From an uncultured Gemmatimonadales bacterium (GTDB lineage: Bacteria > Gemmatimonadota > Gemmatimonadetes > Longimicrobiales > Gaopeijiaceae): a stretch of DNA of 64,000 nucleotides. Shown in pieces: positions 9,762 to 22,247 of the stretch; positions within the stretch are counted from its first letter, which is position 1; each line of letters opens with the position of its first letter. Position numbers and translations under genes: made by a program. Under the pieces are notes generated by a model. That model made no database searches, was not told the origin of the DNA, and was given only the letters and a program-made list of their open reading frames with translations. The stretch covers positions 1,504,001-1,568,000 of the forward strand of contig CAWELD010000003.1 of the NCBI GenBank assembly GCA_963809895.1. The letters run 5' to 3'.

Positions 9762-11855
9762 TCAGCCGACGCCGAACATCTTGAGGCGCTCGGCGTAGCG
9801 GGCGTCCAGCACCGCTTTCACCCGGGCGTGGGCCGGGCTCTCCAGCTCGGCGTCGGCATCCACCACGCGGCGAGCGAGCCGCTGGGCCTCCACCAGGAGG
9901 CCTTCGTCGCGGGTGAGATCGGCGTGGGCCAGGATGGGATCGCGCCCGTGCTGCTGCGCGCCGAACAGGTCGCCCTGGCCCCGGATGCGCAGATCCGCCT
10001 TGGCGATGGCGAAGCCGTCGGAGGTGTCGCGGAAGATCTTGAGCCGCTCGGCCGCCACCTCGCCGGGCTCGGCTACCAGGATGCAGTGGCTCTCGTCGGC
10101 ACCACGGCCTACGCGCCCCCGGAGCTGGTGGAGCTGGGACAGCCCGAAGCGCTCGGCGTGCTCCACCACCATGACGGTGGCGTTGGCCACGTCGATCCCC
10201 ACCTCGATGACCGAGGTGGCCACCAGCAGATCCACGTCGCCGGCCAGGAAGGCACGCATGGTCTCGTCCTTCTCCTCGCCGGGCATCTGTCCGTGCAGGA
10301 GCCCCAGGCGACGGTGTGGAAACACCTCTTCGCTCAGGCGCTCGTACTCCTGGGTGGCCGCCCGCAGATCCACCTTCTCCGACTCCTCCACCAGCGGATA
10401 GACCACGTACCCCTGACGGCCCTGGGCCAGCTGCTCGTCGACGAAGCGGTAGACGTCGTCCCGGCGTCCGGGATAGCGCAGATGCGTCTGGATGGGCCGC
10501 CGCCCCGGCGGCAGCTCGTCCAGCACGCTCAGGTCGAGGTCGCCGTACAGCGTGAGCGCCAGCGAGCGCGGGATCGGGGTGGCCGACATCACCAGCACGT
10601 CGGGCGGTGGCTCGCGTTCCGCCAGCGACATGCGTTGGCGGACCCCGAAGCGGTGCTGCTCGTCCACGACCACCAGTCCCAGGTGGGCGAGCTCCACGCT
10701 CTCCTGGATGAGGGCGTGGGTGCCCACCACCAGCTTCGCGCGCCCCGAGGACAGCCCCTCCAGCGCGTGGCGCCGCTCCGCCGCGCCCAACCGTCCGGTG
10801 AGGAGGGTGACCTCCAGTCCCAGCGGCGCCACCAGCTCGCCCAGCCGCCGTGCGTGCTGCTCGGCCAGGATCTCGGTGGGCGCCATGAGGACCGCCTGCC
10901 ATCCCCCCTCCACCGCCACCAGCATGGCGAAGAGCGCCACCAGCGTCTTTCCGGCTCCCACGTCGCCCTGAAGCATGCGGTTCATGCGCCGGTCGGAGAC
11001 CATGTCGGCGGTGATCTCGCGCAGCACCCTGGCCTGGGCCCCGGTGAGCTCGAAGGGAAGCGCGGCGTGCAGGGGCCGCACGAGCTCGTTGCTGCGCTCA
11101 TGCGAGATCCCGGGCCGGAGTCGCGTCTGGCGGTAGCGCACCTGGGCCTGCACGAGCTGCAAGAAGAAGAGCTCGTCGAAGGCGAGGCGCTGGCGGCCCG
11201 TTTCCGCAGCGGCCAGCGAGGTGGGGCGGTGCAGCGCCAGGAACGCCTCCGGCAGCGTGAGCAGGCCCAGCCGCTCGCGCTCCTCGTCGGGCAGGTATTC
11301 CTCGTGCGACGCCAGCCCCACCAGCGCGTCCAGGTTCTTCTCGAAGATGCTGCGCAGCACCCACTGGGGAACCTCTTCGCTGGCCGGATACGCCACGAAG
11401 ATCGTGCCCTCCGCGCCCTCCTCGGCACCGCCCCGGCCCGAGGCCCGGGACAGGACCGTGTGTTCCCGGGGTTGGATCTGGCGCCCGTGGAAGAACTTCA
11501 CGGGACCGGTGACGAGGAGCGTGTCGCCCTCGCGGAGCTTGCGATCGAGCCAGGGCTGTCCCGGCCAGGCCACAGTGATGCGGCCGGACTCGTCTTCGAG
11601 CACCGCCTGGAAGATGCGTAGCCCGGCGCGCGTGGGGATCACGCCCTTGGTCCGGACCCGCCCCACGGCGGTGGCGTCCATTCCCACCTCCAGCGTGGCG
11701 ATGGGGCTCACGGTGGACGCGTCGTCGTAGCGCCGGGGAATGTAGTGCAGGAGGTCGCGAGCCGTGGCCAGCCCCATACGCCCCAGGGCCTCGGCCCGAC
11801 GGGGGCCCACGCCCTTGAGGAACTGCACGGGTTTGTCCAGGAGCGAGAAATCCAT
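9762..11855 (-). CDS. recG: ATP-dependent DNA helicase RecG
   Basis: QGDVGAGKT, DEQHRFG, SATPIPRSL, QLHQLRGRVGRG. Confidence 0.97.
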   Translation of the reverse strand: MDFSLLDKPVQFLKGVGPRRAEALGRMGLATARDLLHYIPRRYDDASTVSPIATLEVGMDATAVGRVRTKGVIPTRAGLRIFQAVLEDESGRITVAWPGQPWLDRKLREGDTLLVTGPVKFFHGRQIQPREHTVLSRASGRGGAEEGAEGTIFVAYPASEEVPQWVLRSIFEKNLDALVGLASHEEYLPDEERERLGLLTLPEAFLALHRPTSLAAAETGRQRLAFDELFFLQLVQAQVRYRQTRLRPGISHERSNELVRPLHAALPFELTGAQARVLREITADMVSDRRMNRMLQGDVGAGKTLVALFAMLVAVEGGWQAVLMAPTEILAEQHARRLGELVAPLGLEVTLLTGRLGAAERRHALEGLSSGRAKLVVGTHALIQESVELAHLGLVVVDEQHRFGVRQRMSLAEREPPPDVLVMSATPIPRSLALTLYGDLDLSVLDELPPGRRPIQTHLRYPGRRDDVYRFVDEQLAQGRQGYVVYPLVEESEKVDLRAATQEYERLSEEVFPHRRLGLLHGQMPGEEKDETMRAFLAGDVDLLVATSVIEVGIDVANATVMVVEHAERFGLSQLHQLRGRVGRGADESHCILVAEPGEVAAERLKIFRDTSDGFAIAKADLRIRGQGDLFGAQQHGRDPILAHADLTRDEGLLVEAQRLARRVVDADAELESPAHARVKAVLDARYAERLKMFGVG

Positions 11856-11874
11856 GCCCCGCCTCGGCGGCCAC

Positions 11875-12798
11875 TCAGCCGGTGAAGATTCCCTGGACGA
11901 AGTCGTCCACGTCGAAGGTCTCCAGGTCGTCCACGCCCTCGCCGCGCCCCACCAGCTTCACGGGCAGGCCGTGCTCCTCCTGCAACGCCACCACGATGCC
12001 GCCCCGGGCCGTGGAATCCATCTTGGTCAGCACGATCCCGCTCAGCTCCACCACCTCCTTGAAGGTGCGGACCTGGCTGAGGGCATTCTGGCCCACCGTG
12101 GCGTCGAGCACCATGAGGGTCTCGTGGGGCGCCCCCTCGATCTTGCGCCGGATGACCCGGTCCACCTTGCGCAGCTCCTCCATCAGGTTGCGGTTCGTGT
12201 GCAGGCGGCCGGCCGTGTCCACCAGCACCACGTCGATGCCTCGGCGCACGGCGGCGTCCATGGCGTCGAAGGCCACGGCCGCCGGATCGCCACCCTGCTG
12301 CCCGCGGACGAAATCCGCGCCCACCTTCTCGGCCCACATGCCGAGCTGCTCCACCGCGCCGGCCCTCCAGGTGTCGGCGGCCGCCACCAGCACCGACCGG
12401 CCTTCCTGGACCAGCCGGCTCGCCAGCTTGGCGATGGAGGTGGTCTTGCCCACGCCGTTGACGCCGACGACGAGGTACACGGTGGGACCGCTGTCCGCCG
12501 CATGAAGATAGGCATCGGCCATGGGCGCCAGAATGCTCCGAAGTTCCTCTTCCAACGAGGCCCGCAGCTCATCGCCCTTCCGCACCTTGCCACGGCGCGC
12601 CTGGCCCTCGACGTGATCCACGAGCCGGAGCGTCGCCTTCACCCCGAAGTCGGCCGCCAGCAGCTTCTCCTCGAGGGATTCCAGCGTCTCCTGGTCCATG
12701 CCCCGGGCCAGGACCCGGACATCGGTGAGCGCCAGGTCCACGGCGCGCCGCCAGAGGGACTTCTTCTTCTCGGCCTTCTTCTTGAACAGGCGAGCCAT
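11875..12798 (-). CDS. ftsY: Signal recognition particle receptor FtsY
   Basis: GVNGVGKTT, DTAGRLH, TKMD; short form lacking an acidic N-domain. Confidence 0.95.
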   Translation of the reverse strand: MARLFKKKAEKKKSLWRRAVDLALTDVRVLARGMDQETLESLEEKLLAADFGVKATLRLVDHVEGQARRGKVRKGDELRASLEEELRSILAPMADAYLHAADSGPTVYLVVGVNGVGKTTSIAKLASRLVQEGRSVLVAAADTWRAGAVEQLGMWAEKVGADFVRGQQGGDPAAVAFDAMDAAVRRGIDVVLVDTAGRLHTNRNLMEELRKVDRVIRRKIEGAPHETLMVLDATVGQNALSQVRTFKEVVELSGIVLTKMDSTARGGIVVALQEEHGLPVKLVGRGEGVDDLETFDVDDFVQGIFTG

Positions 12799-12948
12799 GG
12801 CACACGGGTCTGAGCGATGGGAACCCCGCAGGAGCGGGGGATCTGGGCCCGGGGCCCGCGCGGACCGTCCGCGCAGCCGCCCCGGGTCTCGAAAGATGGG
12901 GATTGGACCGACGCTGTGAACCCTCGACCGGCCGTGGGCGACTCGTCG

Positions 12949-14904
12949 CTAGCGCAGGCCCGACCGGCGCCGCCCGATCCACTCCAGCGACAGCAGACCC
13001 AACAGCAGGAGGAAGGGCCACGGGCTGGTACGCAGAGGCCGCCCGCCGCCGACGTCGCCCGAGCCCGTCGGCGCCGCCACCGACGCGAGCGCCGCCCGCG
13101 GGGGACGCAGCTCGTCGGTCCACGGCTCGCTGACCAGCCTCCCCTCCCAGGAGCGGTCCCCGGCGGCCAGCGAGTCGGGTCGCACCACGCGCGCCCTCCA
13201 GGCCCAGGTCCCGGGCGGGAGCGCCGGCTCCAGGGCCCGCCCGTCGCTCTCCACGGCCAGGGTGTCGGTACGCACCAGGGTGTCGGCCCGGGTGAGCGCG
13301 ATCTCCACGGCGCCCCCCGGTGCCTCGGGTGCGCGCCAGGTCACGGGCGCGCCGGCGGCCACGACCACCGCGTCGGGCGCCACCCCCGCCAGGGCGCGAC
13401 CCTCGCCCAGCTCGAGCAGCCAGCCCGTCGCCCCGGACCAGAGCCGGCGATAGGCCTCGGCGGGCTCGCCGGGACGAAACGCCCAGCGCCAGAATCCCCG
13501 GGCCAACCCCAGCGCGAGGCGCCGGGTGCTCCGGTCCACCAGCCACAGGGCGGGTGTGGTGGCGCCGCCGCCGGGCCGCTGCAGCTCCAGGGCGGGGACT
13601 CCCGGCCCGTCGCCGGTGGGGGCCAGCGGGTCCGACAAGGGGGGCAGCTGAGCCACCGGCAGGCTCGACAGGAGCGAGGCCAGCGGAGACGGGGGCGGCG
13701 GCGCCGTGGCGTACCACTCTCCCGCAGGCGCCGGGCGCGCCGACACCCCCGCCAGCTCCGTGGCCGCGGGGTCGCCGGCGAGGATGAGCACGCGCCTGGC
13801 CCGGGACACCACGTCGGCCAGCCAGGGGGGCGCACCGGCCGCGGGTCCCTGCACCACCAGGATGCGCGCATCGCCGAGCTGGGGACGAAGCTCGTCGCCG
13901 CTCACGACCTCACCGCCCCCGGTGGGGAGGAAGCGATCGGGGCCCACGCGCAACCACCCGCGGGTGGGAAGCCCCGACACCTGGTTCAGTACCGGCAGGA
14001 GGAAGCGGGATTCCCAGTCCGGCGCCAACGCCAGCAGCGCCACCACGCCCACGGAGGGGTCCACCTCCGTCACCACGGTGCGCGCATCGTCGTCGGGGAA
14101 CTCGTCGCCGTCCAGCGCCACGTGGGCGCGCCAGAGCACGGCGCCCGCCTCGTCGGGGAGATCCACGTCCAGGGTGCGCCGCACCACGGTGCCCGGACCC
14201 GGGAGCAGCACCCTCCAGCTCGCGAGCCGCGTTCCGTCGCGATCCAGCGTGAGCGTCGCCGAGTCCCCGGCGGCACCCTCCGTGCCGAAGGCCGACACGG
14301 CCAGCGTCACCGGGGCGCCGGCCCGCTCGGTGGCGGGGGCTTCGACGTCGGCGACGCCGGCGCTGCGGAGGGGCGTGCCCACGTCCTCCACCTCCAGCCC
14401 CAGGCCCAGGCGATCGAGCTCCGCTTGCGTGGCCACCGGGTCGGCCAGGCGCAGGTCGGAGACCAGCCGCACCTCGCGGGCACCGGCCTCGGCGGCCCGA
14501 CGCAGCAGGGGGGCCAGCACGCTGGCGTGGCCCGACGCCCCGAGACCCTGCAGGCTGTCCACCGGTACCGGGGGGTCACCCAGCAGCACGACTCGCTCAC
14601 CCCGGGCCCGCGCCTGGCCGGCCAGCTCCGACGCGCGCTGCCACGGTGTTCGGCCCGAGTCGCCGCCGCCGTTCATGGAGGCCGACGCGTCCAGCGCCAG
14701 CCAGGTGCGCTCCGCCCCACCACCGACGGCAGACGGGAGGCTCGGATTCCAGAGCAGGAGGACGAGGAGCACGAGGATCGCCGCGCGCAGCGCCGCCAGG
14801 AAGCGACGCCCTGCCACGGGGAGCTCGCGCCGCAGGTACATCCAGAAGGCGAATGCGGCCAGCAGGACCGACGCCAGAAGCGCCGGCAGGACGGACGTCA
14901 GCAC
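12949..14904 (-). CDS. Membrane-anchored hypothetical protein with VWA-like motif
   Basis: Two N-terminal TM helices, LDASASM (DxSxS), C-terminal TM + EWIGRRRSGLR typical of VWA/BatA-like membrane proteins. Confidence 0.6.
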   Translation of the reverse strand: MLTSVLPALLASVLLAAFAFWMYLRRELPVAGRRFLAALRAAILVLLVLLLWNPSLPSAVGGGAERTWLALDASASMNGGGDSGRTPWQRASELAGQARARGERVVLLGDPPVPVDSLQGLGASGHASVLAPLLRRAAEAGAREVRLVSDLRLADPVATQAELDRLGLGLEVEDVGTPLRSAGVADVEAPATERAGAPVTLAVSAFGTEGAAGDSATLTLDRDGTRLASWRVLLPGPGTVVRRTLDVDLPDEAGAVLWRAHVALDGDEFPDDDARTVVTEVDPSVGVVALLALAPDWESRFLLPVLNQVSGLPTRGWLRVGPDRFLPTGGGEVVSGDELRPQLGDARILVVQGPAAGAPPWLADVVSRARRVLILAGDPAATELAGVSARPAPAGEWYATAPPPPSPLASLLSSLPVAQLPPLSDPLAPTGDGPGVPALELQRPGGGATTPALWLVDRSTRRLALGLARGFWRWAFRPGEPAEAYRRLWSGATGWLLELGEGRALAGVAPDAVVVAAGAPVTWRAPEAPGGAVEIALTRADTLVRTDTLAVESDGRALEPALPPGTWAWRARVVRPDSLAAGDRSWEGRLVSEPWTDELRPPRAALASVAAPTGSGDVGGGRPLRTSPWPFLLLLGLLSLEWIGRRRSGLR

Positions 14905-14947
14905 TCGATGGCGGAGGTCCGGCGCGGAGCATGCGCCAGCGATCGGC

Positions 14948-16321
14948 TCACCGGCCCGGTCCCTCCCGGGAGCCCGATTCGGCTGCGGCGCCGTCCGAGG
15001 CGCCGGCCTTGGCCGACGCGGCGGCGCGGTCCGCCTCCTCCTTGGCGGCCTCGGCCTGGGCGCGGGCCTGCGCCAGTCGGATGCTGCCCACGGCGGGCAG
15101 GCTCTCCAACAGCGCCATGCGGGGGGTCAGCTCGGCCCGCCAACGTCCCAGGTCGTCGCTCGGGATCGGATCGCCGGCGGGCAGCTCCACGGCCAGGGGA
15201 TCCACGTTGCTGCCGTTGCGGATCATCTCGTAGTGCAGGTGCGGGCCCGTGGCCAGACCCGTCATCCCCACGTAGCCGATGATGTCGCCCTGATGAACCC
15301 GGGTGCCCACGTGCACGCTCGACGCGAAACGGCTCATGTGCCCGTACCGGGTCACGAACCCGTTGGCGTGGCGAATCACCACCGCGTTGCCCAGGCCACC
15401 CAGCGGCCCCCTGTGCTGCACGACACCGTCTGCGGTGGCCATGATGGGCGTGCCCGCATCGGCAGCGTAGTCGACACCCTTGTGGGCGCGCCACTTCTTC
15501 AGGATCGGGTGGTAGCGGCCCGTGGTGAAGCGCGACGAGATGCGCCGGAACTCCAGCGGCTTGGTGAGGAAGGCGCGCCGCACCGAGGTCCCGTCAAGGT
15601 CGTAGTACGAGCCGCGCCCGTCGCCGTTGGGGTCGAACCAGATGGCGTGATAGGCCGTGCCGGCGTTCACGAACTCGGCGGCGATGATGTGCCCGGCACG
15701 CATGGTGCCGTCGGGTCGAACCTGTCGCTCGAAGGCCACCCGGTAGCCGTCTCCGGGCTGCACCTGGCGGGAGAAGTCCAGCTGCCACTGGAAGACCTTG
15801 TCCAGGTGGTCCACCAGGATGCCCCGGTCGTTGTAGGGCACCTTCGACAGAAAGCGATTGCGGATGAGCGAGGTCCACAGGGATGCCTGGATGGTGCCCA
15901 CCACCAGGAGCGTGTCGGTGAAGACCGGCGTCTCCACGGTGGACGAGTGCCACCCGAAACGGTCCCTGGTGAGCCGCACGGTCTCGTCGGCGTTCAGCGA
16001 GACGTCCACGCCGCGGAGCTGCTCGTCGCCGTTGTAGCGCAGCGCGATCTCGGTGCCGACCTTCATGCGCCGCGGGCTGGCCTGCTCGCGGAAGGACAGC
16101 AGGAGCGCCTGCTGCTGCGAGCCGTCGAGGATGCCGTTGAGGACCTCCCCCAGCGTCTCGCCGGCGGCCAGGGCCCGAACCTCGGTGCGCTCGGCCGGGC
16201 GCGCCTCGATGGTGTCCAGGCGACCCACGTCGGGGGTGCGGCCACAGCCGGTGAGCACCACACCCACCACGAGGGCGGTGGCGGTCGGCCGCAAGCGAGA
16301 GCGCGTGGGTGCGACGATCAT
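14948..16321 (-). CDS. M23 family peptidoglycan endopeptidase (MepM-like)
   Basis: HKGVD (HxxxD) and GPHLHYE (HxH); probable lipobox LTGC; start ATG 16321. Confidence 0.9.
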   Translation of the reverse strand: MIVAPTRSRLRPTATALVVGVVLTGCGRTPDVGRLDTIEARPAERTEVRALAAGETLGEVLNGILDGSQQQALLLSFREQASPRRMKVGTEIALRYNGDEQLRGVDVSLNADETVRLTRDRFGWHSSTVETPVFTDTLLVVGTIQASLWTSLIRNRFLSKVPYNDRGILVDHLDKVFQWQLDFSRQVQPGDGYRVAFERQVRPDGTMRAGHIIAAEFVNAGTAYHAIWFDPNGDGRGSYYDLDGTSVRRAFLTKPLEFRRISSRFTTGRYHPILKKWRAHKGVDYAADAGTPIMATADGVVQHRGPLGGLGNAVVIRHANGFVTRYGHMSRFASSVHVGTRVHQGDIIGYVGMTGLATGPHLHYEMIRNGSNVDPLAVELPAGDPIPSDDLGRWRAELTPRMALLESLPAVGSIRLAQARAQAEAAKEEADRAAASAKAGASDGAAAESGSREGPGR

Positions 16322-16382
16322 TGGACGGGGCTCGAGGGTGCGTCTCCGGAGCGGGACCCCGGGGCGCACCCCCGAGTCCGGC

Positions 16383-17600
<1,218 letters not shown>

Positions 17601-17724
17601 TTCTCGGCTCCTGCGTGCGTAGGGTCTTCCATGGGTGACGGTCGGCCATGCTCCCCGGGAGGAGCTCTGAGCCTTCGGGGCGGTGGGTCCGGACCCATGC
17701 CCGCGCCTGGGCGATTCCGGACCA

Positions 17725-18957
17725 TCAGAAGAACTCCTTGATCCAGGCCGCCACCCGGGAGAGGACCCCCGACGCAAGCGTCGATGCGCCCTCGCCCGTT
17801 TCGGCGTAACGTTCCGTGCCCCAAAGCGCAAGTCCGGCGGCGGTGGCGAACCGCGGACGACCCACCTTGTCGGCGAGTCCCGAGAGGCCTTCGCCAGGCA
17901 CGCCCAGGCGCACCGGCGCGGCGAAGACCTGCTGTGCCAGCTCCACCAGGCCGGGCATGGCGGCGGATCCCCCGGTGAGGACGATCCCGGCACCCAGCCT
18001 GTCCGAGTGGCCGTGTTCCTCGAGCTCGTGGCGCACCAGCCCGAAGAGCTCGTCGAGGCGCTGCTCGGCGATGTGGGCGATGAGCTCACGGGCCACCAGG
18101 CGGGTCTGGCCCGGGGCGGTTCCCGGCACCTCGACCGTCTCCTGGGGATCCACGAACTGGGCCGAGGCGGCGCCGTAGAGCTCCTTGACCCGCTGGGCCT
18201 CGGCGAAGGGCAGCGACAGGCCCTTCACCAGGTCGCTGGTCACCGAGACGCCCCCGATGGGGAGCACCCCCACATGGCGGATCTTGCCCTCGTAGTAGAC
18301 CGCCAGGTCGGTGGTGCTGGCCCCCACCTCCACCATGGCCGCGCCCACTTCCTTCTCGTCTTCGGTGAGCACCGCGCGCGCCGTGGCCAACGGCTCCAGG
18401 ACCATCTCCTGGACCGCGTAGCCCGCCCGCGTGATGGCCTTGCGCAGGTTGCCGGCGGCGCTGGCGGAGCAGGTCACCAGGCAGACCTCCGCCTCCAGGC
18501 GCGTGCCGGACATGCCCACGGGATCCTTGATCCCCTGCTGGTGGTCGACGGTGTACTCCACGGGGATGGCGTGCAGGAGCTCCCGGTCCGGCGCCAGCGC
18601 CACCGCCCGGGCCACCTCGTGCACACGGCTGAGATCGCCGGGCGCGATCTCCTCGTCGCTCACCGCCACCACGCCCATGGACGACCACGCCTCGATGTGC
18701 TCACCCGAGAGGCCGGTGTACACGCGATCGACGGTCACGCCCGCCATGAGCTCGGCTTCCTTCATGGCCGCGCGGATGGACTCGGTGGTCTCCTCGAGAT
18801 GGGTGACCCGCTCGCCCCGCATGCCACCGGTGCGCGCCTGGCCCACACCCAGGATCTTGAGACCCGGCTGCCGGCGCGGCTCGCCGATGATCTCGCCGAT
18901 GACCGCACAGGTCTTCGTGGTTCCGATGTCCAGGCCCGCGATGAGGTTGGCTCGCAT
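17725..18957 (-). CDS. ftsA: Cell division protein FtsA
   Basis: [16 protein letters not shown]-terminal WIKEFF amphipathic helix. Confidence 0.96.
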   Translation of the reverse strand: MRANLIAGLDIGTTKTCAVIGEIIGEPRRQPGLKILGVGQARTGGMRGERVTHLEETTESIRAAMKEAELMAGVTVDRVYTGLSGEHIEAWSSMGVVAVSDEEIAPGDLSRVHEVARAVALAPDRELLHAIPVEYTVDHQQGIKDPVGMSGTRLEAEVCLVTCSASAAGNLRKAITRAGYAVQEMVLEPLATARAVLTEDEKEVGAAMVEVGASTTDLAVYYEGKIRHVGVLPIGGVSVTSDLVKGLSLPFAEAQRVKELYGAASAQFVDPQETVEVPGTAPGQTRLVARELIAHIAEQRLDELFGLVRHELEEHGHSDRLGAGIVLTGGSAAMPGLVELAQQVFAAPVRLGVPGEGLSGLADKVGRPRFATAAGLALWGTERYAETGEGASTLASGVLSRVAAWIKEFF

Positions 18958-18974
18958 TCGTCCGTATCCCAGAG

Positions 18975-19703
18975 TCAGTACCGTACCACGACCTGATCCG
19001 CGTACCGCAGATCCACCGCCCGGGGCACGCCCCGCCGGTCGACCTCCAACGCGTGAGCCAGCACCCGCATCCCCTCGCCCATGCGGCGGGGATCGGCCCC
19101 CTCACTCATGAGGAAGGTGATCTCGGGTTCCGCGCCCCAGCGCACCTGCAGCGAGCCGTCGCGTTGCTGGCTCACCTCCGAGACCCGACCGAAGAAGACC
19201 GGGTCCCGCCGCATGCGCTCCACCGCCCGGGCCAGCGGGCGGACGCGCGCCTCGGTGGGCCGCTCCGGCGCGCCCCGCTCCCGGAGGGGACGCACCACGG
19301 GTAGATCGAGACGGTGCGTCGCCGGGTCCAGGGGCAGGTAGTGGCCTTCGCCGTCCACCGGCTCCAACACCGGGGTCGGCACCAGGGCCACGGGCTCCTC
19401 CTCCTCCACCTCGAAGACCAGGGTGCTCGGGAGGCGGCGGTGGACCTCGGCCCTCCGCACCAGGGGATGCGCCTCGAGACGCGCCTCCCACGCCGACGGG
19501 TCGTCCCATATGCTCGCCCCCGGCTCCACGGCGGCCGTGGTCACCGCCTCGTCCAGGGTGAGGAAGCGGGCGCCCTCGAGGGCGAAGCCGTCCACCTCGA
19601 ACAGCTCGGAGCCCGCCAGCGCCTCCGGCACCTTGCGACCCAGCGTCACCAGGACCACCACCGCGAGGACGGCCACCGACCAGCGCAACACGCGCCTATA
19701 CAT
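18975..19703 (-). CDS. ftsQ: Cell division protein FtsQ/DivIB
   Basis: N-terminal TM, POTRA-like region (VHRRLPSTL), C-terminal VDLRYADQVVVR; dcw position. Confidence 0.88.
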   Translation of the reverse strand: MYRRVLRWSVAVLAVVVLVTLGRKVPEALAGSELFEVDGFALEGARFLTLDEAVTTAAVEPGASIWDDPSAWEARLEAHPLVRRAEVHRRLPSTLVFEVEEEEPVALVPTPVLEPVDGEGHYLPLDPATHRLDLPVVRPLRERGAPERPTEARVRPLARAVERMRRDPVFFGRVSEVSQQRDGSLQVRWGAEPEITFLMSEGADPRRMGEGMRVLAHALEVDRRGVPRAVDLRYADQVVVRY

Positions 19704-21096
19704 GGACGGTCTCCAGCTCCCGCAGCAGCTCGCGGCCCAGGAGCTCGATGGAGCCCGCACCCATGATCAGCACCACGTCACCCGACCCCACCTCACCGGC
19801 CAGCGCCGGGGCCAGCCCTTCCAGGGCGGCGTGGTAGCGCGCCTGGCCACCGGCCTCGGCCACGGCGTCCCGGACCAGACGACCATCCACCCCGGCGATG
19901 GGCGCTTCGCGGGCCGGAAAGACGTCGGTGATCCAGACGACGTCCGCCGCCGCCAGCGACGTACCGAAGGCGGGTGCGAAGTCGCGGGTGCGGGTGAAGA
20001 GATGCGGCTGGAAGACGGCGACGATGCGGCGTCCGGGGTAGGCCTCGCGGGCCGCGGACAGCGTGGCGGCGATCTCCGTGGGATGGTGCGCGTAGTCGTC
20101 GACCACCGTCACGCCCCTCACGGTCCCGAGCCGCTGGAAGCGCCGGCCGACGCCCCCGAAGGAGGACCAGGCACGCCGGATGGCGTCCCAGGACCCTCCC
20201 AGATGGCGCGCCACCGCCGCCGCGGCCAGGGCGTTGCGCACACCGTGGAGGCCGGGGCTCGGCAGGTGCCCCACGCCCCGGTCGTGGCCGTCCTCGAGAA
20301 TCCGGAAGCGGGTGCCCTGGGCGTCCATGTGCACGTCGACGGCCCGGAGCTGCGACCCTGCGGCCAGGCCGTAGGTGTAGCCCGGCTCGGGCAGCCCGGC
20401 CAGCAGGGCCGAGGCGCCGGGGTCGTCGGCGCACACGATGACCCGGCCACCGGGCCGGCGTGCGGCGAGAAAGGCGCGGAAGGCCTCCTGGACGCCGGCG
20501 AGGTCGCCGTAGATGTCCAGGTGGTCCGCCTCCACGTTGGTGACCACCGCCACGTCGGGCTCCAGCGCGTGGAAGGAGCGGTCGAATTCGTCGGCCTCCA
20601 CCACCGACAGGTCCGAGGCTCCCAGGCGCAGGTTCCCCTGCCACGACGGAACCGGGCCGCCCACGAATCCCGTGGGATCCATGCCGGCCGCTTCCAGCAC
20701 CTGCACGGTGAGGGCGGTGGTGCTGGTCTTGCCGTGGGTACCGGCCACGGCCACCACCCGGCCACGGTTCACCAGAGCGCCCAGGGCTTCAGCCCGCTTC
20801 AGGAGCGGCAGGCCCCGAGCCCGGGCCGCCTCCACTTCGGGGTGGCCCATGGGCACCGCGGCCGTCACCACCAGGGCCGTGGCACCCTCCAGATGCGCAG
20901 GATCGTGTCCGGTGTGGATGCGGGCGCCCAGCTCCTCCAGGTGCCCGGTGGCGGCCGAGGTCTTGAGGTCGCAGCCGGTGACCGCGCCACCCTGCCGGAG
21001 CAGGAGCTCGGCCAGGGCGCACATGCCCGCGCCGCCGATCCCCATGAAGTGTACGGGGCCGGTGCGGGCCAGGGCGATGAGGTCCGGCGCGCTCAC
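19696..21096 (-). CDS. murC: UDP-N-acetylmuramate--L-alanine ligase
   Basis: GIGGAGM, GTHGKTST, EADE, DDYAHHPTE, FQPH. Confidence 0.96.
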   Translation of the reverse strand: MSAPDLIALARTGPVHFMGIGGAGMCALAELLLRQGGAVTGCDLKTSAATGHLEELGARIHTGHDPAHLEGATALVVTAAVPMGHPEVEAARARGLPLLKRAEALGALVNRGRVVAVAGTHGKTSTTALTVQVLEAAGMDPTGFVGGPVPSWQGNLRLGASDLSVVEADEFDRSFHALEPDVAVVTNVEADHLDIYGDLAGVQEAFRAFLAARRPGGRVIVCADDPGASALLAGLPEPGYTYGLAAGSQLRAVDVHMDAQGTRFRILEDGHDRGVGHLPSPGLHGVRNALAAAAVARHLGGSWDAIRRAWSSFGGVGRRFQRLGTVRGVTVVDDYAHHPTEIAATLSAAREAYPGRRIVAVFQPHLFTRTRDFAPAFGTSLAAADVVWITDVFPAREAPIAGVDGRLVRDAVAEAGGQARYHAALEGLAPALAGEVGSGDVVLIMGAGSIELLGRELLRELETVHV

Positions 21097-22247
21097 GGGC
21101 GGCCTCCCGCGAGGTGGGCCGGAGGAGGAGGCAGCAACGTGGCCAGTTGGCGCGCGATGTCGGCGGCGGCGGCGGGGTGCGAGCGCTCACGGGCCGCGCG
21201 GGCCATGGCCGCCCTGCGGTCGTCATGGTCCACGAGCCCCCGCACGGCGGCCAGCAGCGACGAGCCGTCCATGGCCGACTCGGCCAGGAAGACCGCCGCC
21301 CCGGCCTCGGCCAGCGCCCGGGCGTTGTGGGTCTGGTGGTCCGCCGCCGCCGTGGGCAGGGGTACCAGGACCGCCGGCAGGCCCCACGCCAGCAGCTCGG
21401 AGGTCATCATGGCGCCGGCCCTGCTCACGGCCACCGTGGCCACCGCCAGCGCCGAGGGCATGTCGTCCAGGTAGCCCACGGGATGGACCCAGGCGGGGTC
21501 GCCGAACTCGGCCAGCCGCGCCCGCACGTCGTTCTCGTGGGCCGGCCCCGTGGACCAGAGCACCTCGAAGCCCGGGTCCTCGCCGCCGCACGCCGCCACG
21601 GCCGCCAACATGCCCCGATTGAGCGCCGCCGAACCCTGGCTCCCACCCACCACCAACACCACCGGGGGCTCGGGGCGCAGCCCGAAGGCGCGCCGGGCTG
21701 CGGCCGCATCGCCGGGCTCCGGCACACGAATCGGGTTTCCGGACATGCGCACGTGCCGGCGCCCCGGGCGCGGGAGCCGCCCAGCCGCCTCCGGAAAGGC
21801 CAGGTGCACCTGGCGGGCGAAGGACGACAGGCCGCGGGTCACGAAGCCCGGCACGCTGTTCTGCTCCTGGAGCGCCAGTGGAACCCCCGTGAGGGCCGCC
21901 ACCAGCCCGGCCGGCGCGCCGGCGTAGCCGCCCGTCACCACGACCAGGCGGGGCCGGAGGGCGTGGACGAGGCGGGCCGTGGCCGCCAGCGAGCGGACCA
22001 GGGCCGGAACGACGTCCAGGTTCTGGCCGAGGCCGACGCCCCGGGCGAAGCCCCGCACGGGCAGCAGCAGGTGCTCGGCGCCACGCCCGGGCAGCACCCG
22101 CGCCTCCACGCCCCGCCGGGCACCCACGAAGAAGGGGCGGACGTCGGGCCGGAGCGCCGTGAGCGCGTCGGCGAGGGCGAGGGCCGGGTAGAGGTGTCCC
22201 CCCGTGCCACCGCCGGCGAACAGCACCACCGTGCGCTCCTCATGCAC
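21093..22247 (-). CDS. murG: Lipid II GlcNAc transferase MurG
   Basis: GGGTGGH, EQN, GGSQG, SRAGA, HQTHNA; GTG start at 22247. Confidence 0.95.
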   Translation of the reverse strand: MHEERTVVLFAGGGTGGHLYPALALADALTALRPDVRPFFVGARRGVEARVLPGRGAEHLLLPVRGFARGVGLGQNLDVVPALVRSLAATARLVHALRPRLVVVTGGYAGAPAGLVAALTGVPLALQEQNSVPGFVTRGLSSFARQVHLAFPEAAGRLPRPGRRHVRMSGNPIRVPEPGDAAAARRAFGLRPEPPVVLVVGGSQGSAALNRGMLAAVAACGGEDPGFEVLWSTGPAHENDVRARLAEFGDPAWVHPVGYLDDMPSALAVATVAVSRAGAMMTSELLAWGLPAVLVPLPTAAADHQTHNARALAEAGAAVFLAESAMDGSSLLAAVRGLVDHDDRRAAMARAARERSHPAAAADIARQLATLLPPPPAHLAGGRP